From positions 2,176,001-2,240,000 of the forward strand of contig OY970067.1 in NCBI GenBank assembly GCA_963705305.1: a stretch of DNA of 64,000 nucleotides. The letters run 5' to 3'. Numbering within the stretch: the stretch's first letter is position 1; each line of letters begins with the position of its first letter. This DNA comes from an uncultured Methylomirabilota bacterium. Its GTDB lineage: Bacteria > Methylomirabilota > Methylomirabilia > Methylomirabilales > 2-02-FULL-66-22. The position numbers and the translations under genes were made by a program. Positions 17,469-26,355 of the stretch are shown here, piece after piece. The notes below the pieces were generated by a model. The model ran no database searches. It saw nothing but the letters and a program-made list of their open reading frames with translations, and was not told where the DNA came from.

Positions 17469-18785
17469 ATGCAGATCCGGGACGTCTCCTCCCTGTTCAA
17501 GTGCAACAAGTGCGGCTCTTGCACGTCGGTGTGTCCGCTGTACCAGCAGACCGTCCTCGAGGGAATGGCCGCCCGAGGCAAGCTGGCCTTGCTGGAAGCG
17601 GCGGTGGACGGGCGGCTGGAGGCGACCAAGGCCGTGCGCGCAAAGCTGGAGGAATGCCTGCTGTGCGGCGCCTGCGCGCAGAACTGCCCGAGCCTGGTTC
17701 CCACCACCGAGCTGTTCCTGGAAGCCCGCGCCGCCCTGGCGGGGGATTTGGGAATCCCGCTGCCGATTCGCCTGTTCCTGACCGCGCTGGCCACGCCCGG
17801 CCTCATGCGCGCCGGCATGCCGGGGATGCGCCTGCTCCAGCGCTCCGGCGTGCTTCAGGTGGCGGAAACGCGGGCGGGCCTCCTCCTGCCGGAATCGGTG
17901 CGGGCCGCGGTGCGGGCCGCGCCCCCCATCCCGTCCCCGCCGTTTCTGGCACGCCGGCTGGCGTTCGCCGGCAACGGGAAGGGGGAGCGGGGGACCGTCG
18001 CCTACTTCGCGGGCTGCTTCATGAACTGGGGCTACGCCGATGCCGCCGAGGCGACCCATCTGGCCCTCAACCTGGCCGGCTATCGGGTGGAGTCCCCGCC
18101 GGTGGTCTGCTGTGGACTGCCGCACCGCGTGTACGGCGATCTGGAGCGGGCTCGCCGCCTGGCGCGCCAGAATATCCAGACCCTGGAGAAGTACGAAGCG
18201 ATTGTCGCCGACTGCGCCTCGTGCGGGGCGGCGCTCAAGGAGTATGGCGAGGTGCTGGCGGACGATGCGGAGTATCGGGCTCGCGCCCGCGCGCTTTCCG
18301 ACCGGGTCTTCGACGTGTCGGCATTCCTGGTGGCGCAGGAATTCCTCCGGCCGGAGGGCGAGCTGCCGATCCGGGTGACCTACCACGAGCCATGTCATCT
18401 CGGGCGGGTGCAGGGCGTCAAGCAGCAGCCGCGGCAGATCCTGCGGGCCATCCCGGGCGTGGAGTTCGTGGAGATGAAGGACGCCAACGTCTGCTGCGGC
18501 GGGGCCGGATCCTTCTGCGTGCTCCATTCCGAGCTGTCGGAGAAGGTGGGGGCGGCCAAGGTGGAGAATATCCTGGCCACCGGGGCCGAGGTGGTGGTGA
18601 GCGGGTGTCCCTCGTGCATCTCCCAGCTCGCCGCCATGCTGCGGGCCCGCGGATCCGGCATCCGCGTCTGCCATCCCATGGAGCTTCTGGCGGAAAGCTA
18701 CCGGCGCTCCCGCGTCCCTGGCACCACGGCCGTCGAAGAGGAAACGTCATCTTCCCAGCCGGTCGAGGGACGAAAGGCCGGGTGA
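17469..18785 (+). CDS. glcF: Fe-S subunit GlcF-like (2x[4Fe-4S] plus two CCG domains)
   Basis: CNKCGSCTSVCP, CLLCGACAQNCP, VCCG, YHEPCH, CCGGAG, GCPSC. Confidence 0.88.
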   Translation: MQIRDVSSLFKCNKCGSCTSVCPLYQQTVLEGMAARGKLALLEAAVDGRLEATKAVRAKLEECLLCGACAQNCPSLVPTTELFLEARAALAGDLGIPLPIRLFLTALATPGLMRAGMPGMRLLQRSGVLQVAETRAGLLLPESVRAAVRAAPPIPSPPFLARRLAFAGNGKGERGTVAYFAGCFMNWGYADAAEATHLALNLAGYRVESPPVVCCGLPHRVYGDLERARRLARQNIQTLEKYEAIVADCASCGAALKEYGEVLADDAEYRARARALSDRVFDVSAFLVAQEFLRPEGELPIRVTYHEPCHLGRVQGVKQQPRQILRAIPGVEFVEMKDANVCCGGAGSFCVLHSELSEKVGAAKVENILATGAEVVVSGCPSCISQLAAMLRARGSGIRVCHPMELLAESYRRSRVPGTTAVEEETSSSQPVEGRKAG

Positions 18786-18892
18786 CCCGGCCGCAGGGCG
18801 TAGAGGAAGTGCGCTTTCGCGTTGGTATTCTCCGATCCCTCCGCTCGCGATGGCGTGCCCGGCCTTCTCCTCGTCAGGGCTAGACCCTCCAC

Positions 18893-19273
18893 TCAATAGC
18901 AGAGCGTGGCTTTTGCCTCCAGGCACTCCTGGACCAGCCGTGCCGCCGCGATCGGCTCGGCGCCATCCATCAACGCCTCTACCCCGATCCGGCGCTCCTT
19001 GATGCATGGCGAGCAGACCAGAAGCTGCCCGCCCTGCTTCACGAAGCTGTCCATCAGGTCCTTGAGCGGGGGAAGGCCGCCGGCAAAGACATGCTCGTTC
19101 GTCCCGTTCACGGCCAGATAGACCCCGTTCCCCTGGAGGGCCACGACTGCCTTCACGTCCATCACCAGGGCGCCGTTTCCCACAACGAAGGGCAGCGTGG
19201 CCCGCTCGGGATCCTCCGGTCCGTGGGTTGCGACGATCACCATCTTCTCGGCCTTGACCTCTTCGGCTGGCAT
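18893..19273 (-). CDS. DsrE-family sulfur-transfer/peroxiredoxin-like protein
   Basis: THGPEDPERATLPF, LQGNGV, VCSPC; SD GGAGGGAG. Confidence 0.82.
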   Translation of the reverse strand: MPAEEVKAEKMVIVATHGPEDPERATLPFVVGNGALVMDVKAVVALQGNGVYLAVNGTNEHVFAGGLPPLKDLMDSFVKQGGQLLVCSPCIKERRIGVEALMDGAEPIAAARLVQECLEAKATLCY

Positions 19274-19362
19274 TTCTCCCTCCATCATCGAATTGTCATT
19301 GGACTACCAGACCTGTCGTTCGCCTGCGAAGGTTGCTCCGCTGGCTATCTTCGGTGAGCACG

Positions 19363-19920
19363 TCAAATGAAAAGCGTCGCTTTGCTGGAGCCGGCTTCGG
19401 CCAGGAACGTGGCCACGCCAGCCGCCTTCATGTTCGGGTACTCTATCATCTCCTCCATCTTGTACCCCATGAGGTCCATGCTCATCTGGCAGACATAGAT
19501 CTGCACGCCAGAATCAGCCGCGGTCTGGATGAGCTGCCCCAGACTCATGACATGCTGCTTCTTCATGAGCCACTTTATCATTGCTTTCCCCGCCCCGGCC
19601 ATGTTCATCCTGGAGAGGGAAAGGGCCGCCGCCCCCTTGGGGAGCATGTTCTCGAACATCCTGCCGATGAGGGACTTGGCGACCCTCTTCTTCGGGTCCT
19701 TCAGGGCCGGTATGGCCCAGAAGGTAAAGAACATGGACACCTTCTCGTACATGACCGCCGCGCCTGTGGCTATGATGAAAGCGGCCAGGAGCTTGTCCAG
19801 GTCTCCGCTCATCACCACCATGGAGAGCTTGTCCTGGGGCAGATTGGCCTGGAGCGTCTCCACTTCTTTCTTGAGCCGTTCAACGGTTTCATTCAGTTTT
19901 TGTATCTCAACGGTATCCAT
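19363..19920 (-). CDS. DsrE2-family (DsrE/F/H-like) protein
   Basis: SGDLDK, AFIIATGAA, MFFTFW, VCQMSMDLMG, GVATFL. Confidence 0.88.
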   Translation of the reverse strand: MDTVEIQKLNETVERLKKEVETLQANLPQDKLSMVVMSGDLDKLLAAFIIATGAAVMYEKVSMFFTFWAIPALKDPKKRVAKSLIGRMFENMLPKGAAALSLSRMNMAGAGKAMIKWLMKKQHVMSLGQLIQTAADSGVQIYVCQMSMDLMGYKMEEMIEYPNMKAAGVATFLAEAGSSKATLFI

Positions 19921-20043
19921 ATTTTCTGTTCATCCCTGCCAAAGGCATTGGTCTCATTCGGCGTCCGACCGTTGCAAACGTCCTCCGGGCCGCCCCCGGA
20001 ATCCCCTCTTTTCACCACCCGGCGTCTCTTTTCACGAGCCGGT

Positions 20044-21228
20044 TTATGCACTGGCCGCCCGCAGGCGCCAAAACTCCGTGAACCAGATGGCGGCCGGACG
20101 GTAGAGGATGTGGGCGAATTTGGTAAAGGGCAGGAGCAGGATCAGCTCCATGGCCAGGGCGATGTGGACGAGGAAGATGACCCCCATGGCGACCCCCGCC
20201 CCGCCGGCCAGCGGAACGTAGTCGGCCAGCTCGAGGATGAAGCCCGTGATGCCGATGGGCCAGAGGAACCCCAGGAAGAGCCAATCCGAGAGGCCCGTGT
20301 GCGCATAGTACTTGTCGGGCTTGCGCAGACGCTGCAGGATGGCCACCGTCGTCCCGTAGACGAAGAAGGCCCCGGCCACGGTGCCCAGCAGTCGGATCGG
20401 ATACCAGATCGGCACATAGGATCCGGGCGTCTTGAACAGGTAGTCGAGGACCGTGGCGAGACCCAGCCCGGCCATGCCCATCATGATGGAGTAATGCACG
20501 AACCAGCGGCGGAGGAGGAGCGGCCCGGGGGGCTGGGTCTTCTCCGAGTCGCAGTCGCGGTAGCGGCGCTGTCCGACGACCTCGGCCATGGTCGTCTTGA
20601 GCGCGATCAACGCCGCCCCCAGGGGAAACAGGCCCGGCCGCACCTCCGGCAAGCCCAGGCCGCCGGGAGAGGCCGCCCGCGAGATCATCCAGAACATGTT
20701 GAGCAGTGTGGCGGCGGTCATCGCCGCGACGGCGACCATCACACCAATGCCGAGCCAGTGGATGGTCTCGTACGGCACGAACGTGAGCAGGGCGCTCGCG
20801 TCGGCCGGGCCCGGCGGAAGCCCGGGCGAGCGCGCGAGCAGGATCGCGAGCAGGCCCGCAAAGACAATCGCGAGCAGGCCCGCGGCCAACCCCTTCGACC
20901 GGTACAGGCGCCCCGCGATCGAGGTCGGGTCAAAGCGCGCGATGGCGTAGCGCCGGGCGGAGGCCATGAACTCGCCGGGCTCGGCTTGGCGGGGGCAGGT
21001 GTCGGAGCACTCGGCACAGTAGTCGCACAGCCAGAGCTCGCGGCTCGCCGCGATGTGGTCCTTCTGCCCGAGCTGGGCATAACGAATCACGCGACGCGGG
21101 AAGGCGACGTATTCCTTGGACAGCGGGCAGACCGCCGTACAGTTCCCGCAATTGAAACAGGCGTCGATGTCGAAGGCGCCGAACCGCTTCATGTCTTTCA
21201 GCACGCTGGTATCGACACGCATGGCCAT
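20044..21228 (-). CDS. QmoC-like protein: 2x[4Fe-4S] domain plus cytochrome b-type membrane domain
   Basis: CFNCGNCTAVCP and LWLCDYCAECSDTCP; about six TM helices with four His (TIHW, FVHY, LVHI, PFTKFAH). Confidence 0.82.
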   Translation of the reverse strand: MAMRVDTSVLKDMKRFGAFDIDACFNCGNCTAVCPLSKEYVAFPRRVIRYAQLGQKDHIAASRELWLCDYCAECSDTCPRQAEPGEFMASARRYAIARFDPTSIAGRLYRSKGLAAGLLAIVFAGLLAILLARSPGLPPGPADASALLTFVPYETIHWLGIGVMVAVAAMTAATLLNMFWMISRAASPGGLGLPEVRPGLFPLGAALIALKTTMAEVVGQRRYRDCDSEKTQPPGPLLLRRWFVHYSIMMGMAGLGLATVLDYLFKTPGSYVPIWYPIRLLGTVAGAFFVYGTTVAILQRLRKPDKYYAHTGLSDWLFLGFLWPIGITGFILELADYVPLAGGAGVAMGVIFLVHIALAMELILLLPFTKFAHILYRPAAIWFTEFWRLRAASA

Positions 21229-21231
21229 CGG

Positions 21232-21543
21232 CTAGTCTCCCTTGCCTTTCTCCTGCACGAGCCGGTAGGTAAAATACTCGCCGTCCTGGGCGTCCTCCGC
21301 CAGCTCGCCGTACTTGCGCATGGCCGCCACATGCCAGAGCACCTCGCGCGCGGTGAGGCCGCAGGCCCCGGCCAGGGTCGGCACGGTCGCCGGTCCCTTG
21401 GCCAACTCGGCCCGGATCTTGCGCCGCGCGGCAGCCCGCTGCTTGTTCTGCTGGGTCGCGGTCTCCAGGATCCCCGCGCGTTCGGCGCGCAGCCTTTTCA
21501 GCGTGTCTTTCAACGCCTGTTTCTGCTCGCTCGTCTGAGTCAT
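21232..21543 (-). CDS. Small winged-helix protein within the hdr operon
   Basis: GPATVPTLAGACGLTAREVLWHVAAMRKYG wHTH pattern; ATGA overlap with the upstream hdrA. Confidence 0.75.
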   Translation of the reverse strand: MTQTSEQKQALKDTLKRLRAERAGILETATQQNKQRAAARRKIRAELAKGPATVPTLAGACGLTAREVLWHVAAMRKYGELAEDAQDGEYFTYRLVQEKGKGD

Positions 21544-23480
21544 CTCGCCAGTGCCTCCGAGCCGACAAGGAGGGCATCGACCATGGCATCGTACTGGTCG
21601 AGCGTCCAGCCGGCGAGGTCGATGGCGCGGACCGGGCAGACCGCCACGCACGCGCCGCACCCCGAGCAGAGGGCGGGATTCACGACGGCGCGGGAGCGGC
21701 CGTCGGGATACTCGTGGAGGGCGATGGCGCCGGTGTAGGGGCATTCCTGCACACACAGGCCGTGGCCCTCACAGCGCCCGGCCTCGACGTGGGCCACGAA
21801 CGGGTCGAGCTCGACGTGTCCCCTGGAGAGCAGGGCCATCGCCTTGGCTGCCGCGGCGGAGGCCGAGGCGGTCGTTTCGGTCACATCCTTGGGCCCCTGG
21901 CTGGTGCCGGCCACCAGCACGCCGCCGACGGCGAGCTCGACCGGACGCAGCTTGGGATGGACCTCGAGCAGAAAACGGTCGGTGCCCACCGGCAGCTTGA
22001 GGCTGCCGACCAGCGACGACACGTCGGCCGGCTTCATGCCGACCGCAAGCACCAGCAGGTCGACAGCGGCCTCGACCTCCTCGCCCCAGGTGAGTCCGTC
22101 CTTGCAGCGGACGATCACGGGGCTCGCCTCGCCCGCTGGCGCCTTGGTGACGCTGGGGGGGGATTGAGCGCTCCAGCGCACGAAGACGGTGTCGCTCTTG
22201 GACGCTTTCTCGTAGTAGTCCTCGTGGCCGCGGCCGTAGGTACGGATGTCCTGGTAGAAGTCGAACGTCGCCACATCCGGCCGCTTCTCGTGCAGATCGC
22301 AGATGGCCTGCAGCGTGGCGGTGCAGCACACGCGCGAGCAGTATTCGTTGATCTTGCCGTCGGCCTGCGGCTTGTTCACGCCCTCGGCCTGGCGGCTGCC
22401 CACACAGTGCATGAAGGCGACGCTGCCGATCGGGCGGCCGTCCCGCTCCGGCAGGCCCGCGCCGGCAGTGACGCCGCTCAGCCACTTGATGAAGTCGGGC
22501 AGCGTGATGACCTGCGGGATGCGGCCGTAGCCGTACTCGCCCTTGCCGGGGACGTAGTGCTCGAAACCGGTGGCGACGACGATCGCCCCGGCCTCGAGGG
22601 TGAGGACGCGGCCGCCGGGGGCCTCAGCGGGGGCGCCTCCAGCCGCCGCAGCCTGGGCGCCGGAGGCGGCGCCGTCGAGCGCGTACCCCTCGAACGGACG
22701 GAAGCCGCCCGGAGCCCGGCCGTGACGACGGGCGGCGGCGTCCACCACCTTCCCGTCGGATTCCTGCCTCACCGAGAGCGTGAAGTTGCCCACATACCCC
22801 TCGGCCCGTTCGACCACGGCGCGCGTGTAGACCGTCACGCGGGGATCGGCCAGGACCTCTTCGGCCAGCCGCGTCAGGACGTCGGCCGCGGGCTCTTCGT
22901 TGGGAAACAGGCGGTCGAGGACCGCCACGTTGCCTCCGAGGACGGCCTTGCGCTCGAGCAGCGCGACCTGGATGCCGGCGCGCGCCAGGTCGCGGGCCGC
23001 GCGCAGGCCCGCCACCCCGCCGCCGATGACGGCGGCTCTGGCCGTTGTCTCCACACGGATGGGCTCGAGGGCGGAGAGGCGCGACGCCTTGGCGACCGCG
23101 GCGGCCACCAGGGAGGCCGCCTTGGCCGTGGCCTGCCCGGGGTCGCCGGTCGCCCAGCTCACCTGCTCGCGGATGTTCACGTGCTCGTAGAGGTAGGGGT
23201 TGAGTCCGGCCCGCCCGAGCACACCGCGGAAGGTGGTCTCGTGCAGCTTCGGCGAGCACGCCGCCACGACGACACGGTCGAGATGCTCGTTCTGAATGTC
23301 CTGCACGATCGCGTTCTGCCCCGGGTCGGAGCACATGAACACGTTCATGCGGGCCACCACGACGTTGGGCAGCGCCGCCGCCCGGTCGGCCAGTTGCTGG
23401 ACATCGACCACGTCGGAGATGTTGCCCCCGCAATGGCAGATGTAGACGCCGATGCGCGGCGTGGACTGCTGGGCCGTCAT
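21540..23480 (-). CDS. hdrA: HdrA/Qmo-like flavoprotein (N-terminal Fe-S domain, FAD domain, C-terminal ferredoxin)
   Basis: GVYICHCG, ACSP, NIREQ, IGGGVAG, HCVGSR, CSRVCC, DIRTYG, GPKD, CSGCGACVAVCP. Confidence 0.88.
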   Translation of the reverse strand: MTAQQSTPRIGVYICHCGGNISDVVDVQQLADRAAALPNVVVARMNVFMCSDPGQNAIVQDIQNEHLDRVVVAACSPKLHETTFRGVLGRAGLNPYLYEHVNIREQVSWATGDPGQATAKAASLVAAAVAKASRLSALEPIRVETTARAAVIGGGVAGLRAARDLARAGIQVALLERKAVLGGNVAVLDRLFPNEEPAADVLTRLAEEVLADPRVTVYTRAVVERAEGYVGNFTLSVRQESDGKVVDAAARRHGRAPGGFRPFEGYALDGAASGAQAAAAGGAPAEAPGGRVLTLEAGAIVVATGFEHYVPGKGEYGYGRIPQVITLPDFIKWLSGVTAGAGLPERDGRPIGSVAFMHCVGSRQAEGVNKPQADGKINEYCSRVCCTATLQAICDLHEKRPDVATFDFYQDIRTYGRGHEDYYEKASKSDTVFVRWSAQSPPSVTKAPAGEASPVIVRCKDGLTWGEEVEAAVDLLVLAVGMKPADVSSLVGSLKLPVGTDRFLLEVHPKLRPVELAVGGVLVAGTSQGPKDVTETTASASAAAAKAMALLSRGHVELDPFVAHVEAGRCEGHGLCVQECPYTGAIALHEYPDGRSRAVVNPALCSGCGACVAVCPVRAIDLAGWTLDQYDAMVDALLVGSEALAR

Positions 23481-24832
23481 GCCGGTACCTCGGCCGCGCT
23501 TCGCGCCTCGGCGGCGCCTGCGGGGTGGGCCCCAGCCGCTCGCCCGCCGAAACCGTGCGCGCGCAGATAGAGACTCGCCTCGGCGGCGGCCGCCCCCGCC
23601 TCCACAATGGCGTCAACGATGTCCTTGGGACCGGTCGCCGTGCCGGCGACGAAGATGCCGTCGACGCCGCTGCGGCAGGGCGCGTCTTTGGGGTGCGGCA
23701 CGCTCACGAAGCCGTCGCTGCCGGTCTCCAGGGCAAGCAGGCGGGAGAGGTCGACGGCGGGCCGCAGGCCCAGCGAGAGCACGACCAGGTCGTGCGCGCG
23801 CTCCTCGACCTGGCCGAATTGATCGATCCGCTCGACGCGGACGGTCACGCCCTGGTCCGCATTCTCCGACAGGCGCGCCACCTTGCCCTTGACGAACTCG
23901 ATGCCCATGGCCTGCGCCGAGCGGTAGAACTCCTCGTATCCCTTGCCGAAGGCGCGGATGTCCATGTAATAGATGGTGATGTCGGCGAAGGGCAGCGCGC
24001 CGCTTAAAAGCATCGCCTGCTTGATCGCGTACATGCAGCAGACGCGCGAGCAGTACGGCACGCCCAGGGTATGGTCGCGCGAGCCGGCGCACTGCACGTA
24101 GGCCACCGACTGGGGGACCTTGCCGTCCGACGGCCGCAGCACCCGGCCGTAGGGGCCGTGCGGCGCCAGCAGCCGCTCCATCTGCGTCGGGGCGAGCACG
24201 TTTGCGATCTGGCCGCCGCGGTACTCGGCCTTGGCCTCGAGGGGAGTGAGCTGCCAGCCCGTGGCAGCAACCACGGCGCCGGCTTCGAGCTCGAAATCCT
24301 GGGGCTGCTGGTCGAGCACGATGGCGCCGGTCGGGCAGGCCGCCACGCAGCGCCCGCACAGGATGCAGTGATCGGGATCGATCAGGGCGGTCTGCGGAAT
24401 GGCGTTGGTGAAGGGGATGTAGGCCGCCCGCCGCGCCCCCATGCGCCCCTCGAACTCGTCCTCGACCTCCACCGAGCAGGCGTACTCGCACAGCCGGCAG
24501 CCGATGCAGTCCGCCTCGTTCACGTAGCGGGGTTTCTTGCGCAGGGCGGCCTTGAATACGCCCCCCTCGCGCCGCACCGAGCGGAGCTCGATATAGGTAT
24601 AGGTGGCGATGTTGGGATGGTGAGCCACGGCCGCCATCTTGGGCGTGGTGATGCAGCTGGCGCAGTCCAGCGTCGGGAAGACCTTGCTCAGGCCGATCAT
24701 GGCCCCGCCGATGCTCGGGTTGCGCTCGACGACCGCCACCGAGAAGCCCTGGTCGGCCAGGTCGAGAGCGGTCTGCAAGCCCGCGATGCCAGCGCCGATG
24801 ACGAGGGCGTCGAACCTGGAATCCTTGCTCAT
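23477..24832 (-). CDS. hdrA: HdrA/Qmo-like flavoprotein (FAD domain with inserted ferredoxin)
   Basis: IGAGIAG, KVFPTLDCASC, CIGCRLCEYAC, CILCGRCVAACP, QCAGSRD, YCSRVCCMYAIK, DIRAFGK, GPKDI. Confidence 0.9.
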   Translation of the reverse strand: MSKDSRFDALVIGAGIAGLQTALDLADQGFSVAVVERNPSIGGAMIGLSKVFPTLDCASCITTPKMAAVAHHPNIATYTYIELRSVRREGGVFKAALRKKPRYVNEADCIGCRLCEYACSVEVEDEFEGRMGARRAAYIPFTNAIPQTALIDPDHCILCGRCVAACPTGAIVLDQQPQDFELEAGAVVAATGWQLTPLEAKAEYRGGQIANVLAPTQMERLLAPHGPYGRVLRPSDGKVPQSVAYVQCAGSRDHTLGVPYCSRVCCMYAIKQAMLLSGALPFADITIYYMDIRAFGKGYEEFYRSAQAMGIEFVKGKVARLSENADQGVTVRVERIDQFGQVEERAHDLVVLSLGLRPAVDLSRLLALETGSDGFVSVPHPKDAPCRSGVDGIFVAGTATGPKDIVDAIVEAGAAAAEASLYLRAHGFGGRAAGAHPAGAAEARSAAEVPA

Positions 24833-25245
24833 GCAGCGACCTCCCGGGCCCCGGCCAGCACGGCGTTCAATTCGTCGATCTCCTTGAGGAACGGCTTGGT
24901 GCAGACCGTGCAGATGGCGCTCAGGCGCAGCCGTTCGGGCGCGATGCCGCGCTCCTTGAGGCCGAGCTTGACCCGGTCGATGCGGGCGGCGAGTTTTTCG
25001 AACGCTCCGACATAGGGGCACTCGTGCCCGCATGACATCACGAGGATGCCGCCCACGCCCTTGGCAAAGCAGCGGTAGTAGAATTCGTCGGGAAAGAGCA
25101 CCGGCGAGGGCACCCGCAGGATGAAGGTGTTGGGGGCGTAGTGGAGATGGGCCTGTCCCGTGGCGTCGGCGGCCGGGTAGGCGCAGGTCGCGGTCGCGAG
25201 AATCAGGATCCTGGCCTGATCCCGCACAGTCGTATGCTCACTCAC
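24829..25245 (-). CDS. mvhD: MvhD/FlpD-like iron-sulfur subunit, variant
   Basis: CAYPAAD, ILRVP, GGILVMSCGHECPY, GIAPERLRL, overall MvhD layout. Confidence 0.8.
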   Translation of the reverse strand: MSEHTTVRDQARILILATATCAYPAADATGQAHLHYAPNTFILRVPSPVLFPDEFYYRCFAKGVGGILVMSCGHECPYVGAFEKLAARIDRVKLGLKERGIAPERLRLSAICTVCTKPFLKEIDELNAVLAGAREVAA

Positions 25246-25333
25246 GGAAGAACTCCTGTGGGACGAACCAATGCGCCCCCGCGCCCCCTATGACACCCAG
25301 GGGGGCACGCAGGCCATCCAAACACTTCACCGG

Positions 25334-25591
25334 CTACTTGCCTCGCCGCACGAAGATCCGGTCGTAGCCCTCGGCCGCCCGGAGGGCGCCCAGGAATTCG
25401 TGGCCGACCTTCTTGGCCCATATGGGGATGTCGTTGCGCGAACCGGCATCGCCGGAGCGGATCTCGACGACCCCGCCCACGCTCACCGTGCCCATGCCCT
25501 TTTTGGCTTCGAGCAGGGGGCCAGGGCAGGCGCTGCCGCGGGCATCCACAACATGATCGGGGGTGATGTCTTCGAGCTCCTCAACGTCCAT
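25334..25591 (-). CDS. tusA: TusA-family sulfur carrier
   Basis: VDARGSACPGP, DIPIWAKKVGHE; SD AAGGAG. Confidence 0.9.
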   Translation of the reverse strand: MDVEELEDITPDHVVDARGSACPGPLLEAKKGMGTVSVGGVVEIRSGDAGSRNDIPIWAKKVGHEFLGALRAAEGYDRIFVRRGK

Positions 25592-25777
25592 GTCTGGCTC
25601 CTTTCATGGCGCATGGTTGTCGGCGCGCCCCGGGTGTGAAATACAATCCAAACCCGCAATCCCGGCATCCGGGAGTCCCGGGGCACGGCATCTGGTTTGA
25701 TTCGTACGAAAGGCTGTTGGAGCGCTCCGAAAAGCGTGCGGCGAGCTTCCGGACCTCGGCGGGCGTGCCCGGGGCGT

Positions 25778-26251
25778 TCAGCGCGCTCCGTCAGCCAGGC
25801 GCGATTCCTGGAGGTGCTCTGGTTCGAGGGCCGCTCGAGCGGGAGCGGGCCGAGCAGTCTCCTCGGACGTGCTTGCGCCGTCGAGGAACCTGGCTGCGAG
25901 GAGCGACATCCCTGCGGCCCGATGTTGCTCGACGAGCGCCTTCCGAATCAGCCGGCATCCCTCAATGAACGTCGGATTGGTGATCGAGTAGTAGACGGAT
26001 TGCCCCTCCTTCCGTGGACGGACCAGCATCCGCTCTTTCAGCACGCGCAGGTGCTGCGAGAGGGTGTACACCGGAACCTGGAGCATACGGGCCAAGTCGC
26101 TGACGCACATCTCTCCTTGCGCCAGGTGGTACATGATCGCAAGGCGATGCTCGTTGGCGAGGGCCTTGCAGAACTCGGCCTGCATCCGAAAGACCGTTTG
26201 TAATTCTTCGCGTGACGGAGTATTTGACTCATCATGTATTTGCATATACAT
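25778..26251 (-). CDS. ArsR/SmtB family transcriptional regulator
   Basis: FCKALANEHRLAIM, LSQHLRVL, RKEGQSVYYS; start uncertain (26251 or 26245). Confidence 0.88.
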   Translation of the reverse strand: MYMQIHDESNTPSREELQTVFRMQAEFCKALANEHRLAIMYHLAQGEMCVSDLARMLQVPVYTLSQHLRVLKERMLVRPRKEGQSVYYSITNPTFIEGCRLIRKALVEQHRAAGMSLLAARFLDGASTSEETARPAPARAALEPEHLQESRLADGAR

Positions 26252-26261
26252 ACAAATACAT
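26234..26261. promoter_or_regulatory. AT-rich inverted repeat, candidate ArsR operator
   Basis: ATGTATTTGCAT-ATAC-ATACAAATACAT (arms match 11/12), overlapping the arsR start. Confidence 0.6.
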
Positions 26262-26355
26262 TATTATATCTGTAGTGTCAAGCGGGATTCTTTCTCTTTA
26301 TGGGCTCACCGAGCAGAATTCCGCAGATTCATGCGATCTCGACAGATGAAGAGCC

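Noticed and set aside
19333..21738. 801-aa plus-strand ORF and other long antisense ORFs (35808-37889, 21714-23570, 38895-40574, 14308-15921)
   Set aside because: Shadow frames of clear genes on the opposite strand in GC-rich DNA, with no motifs.
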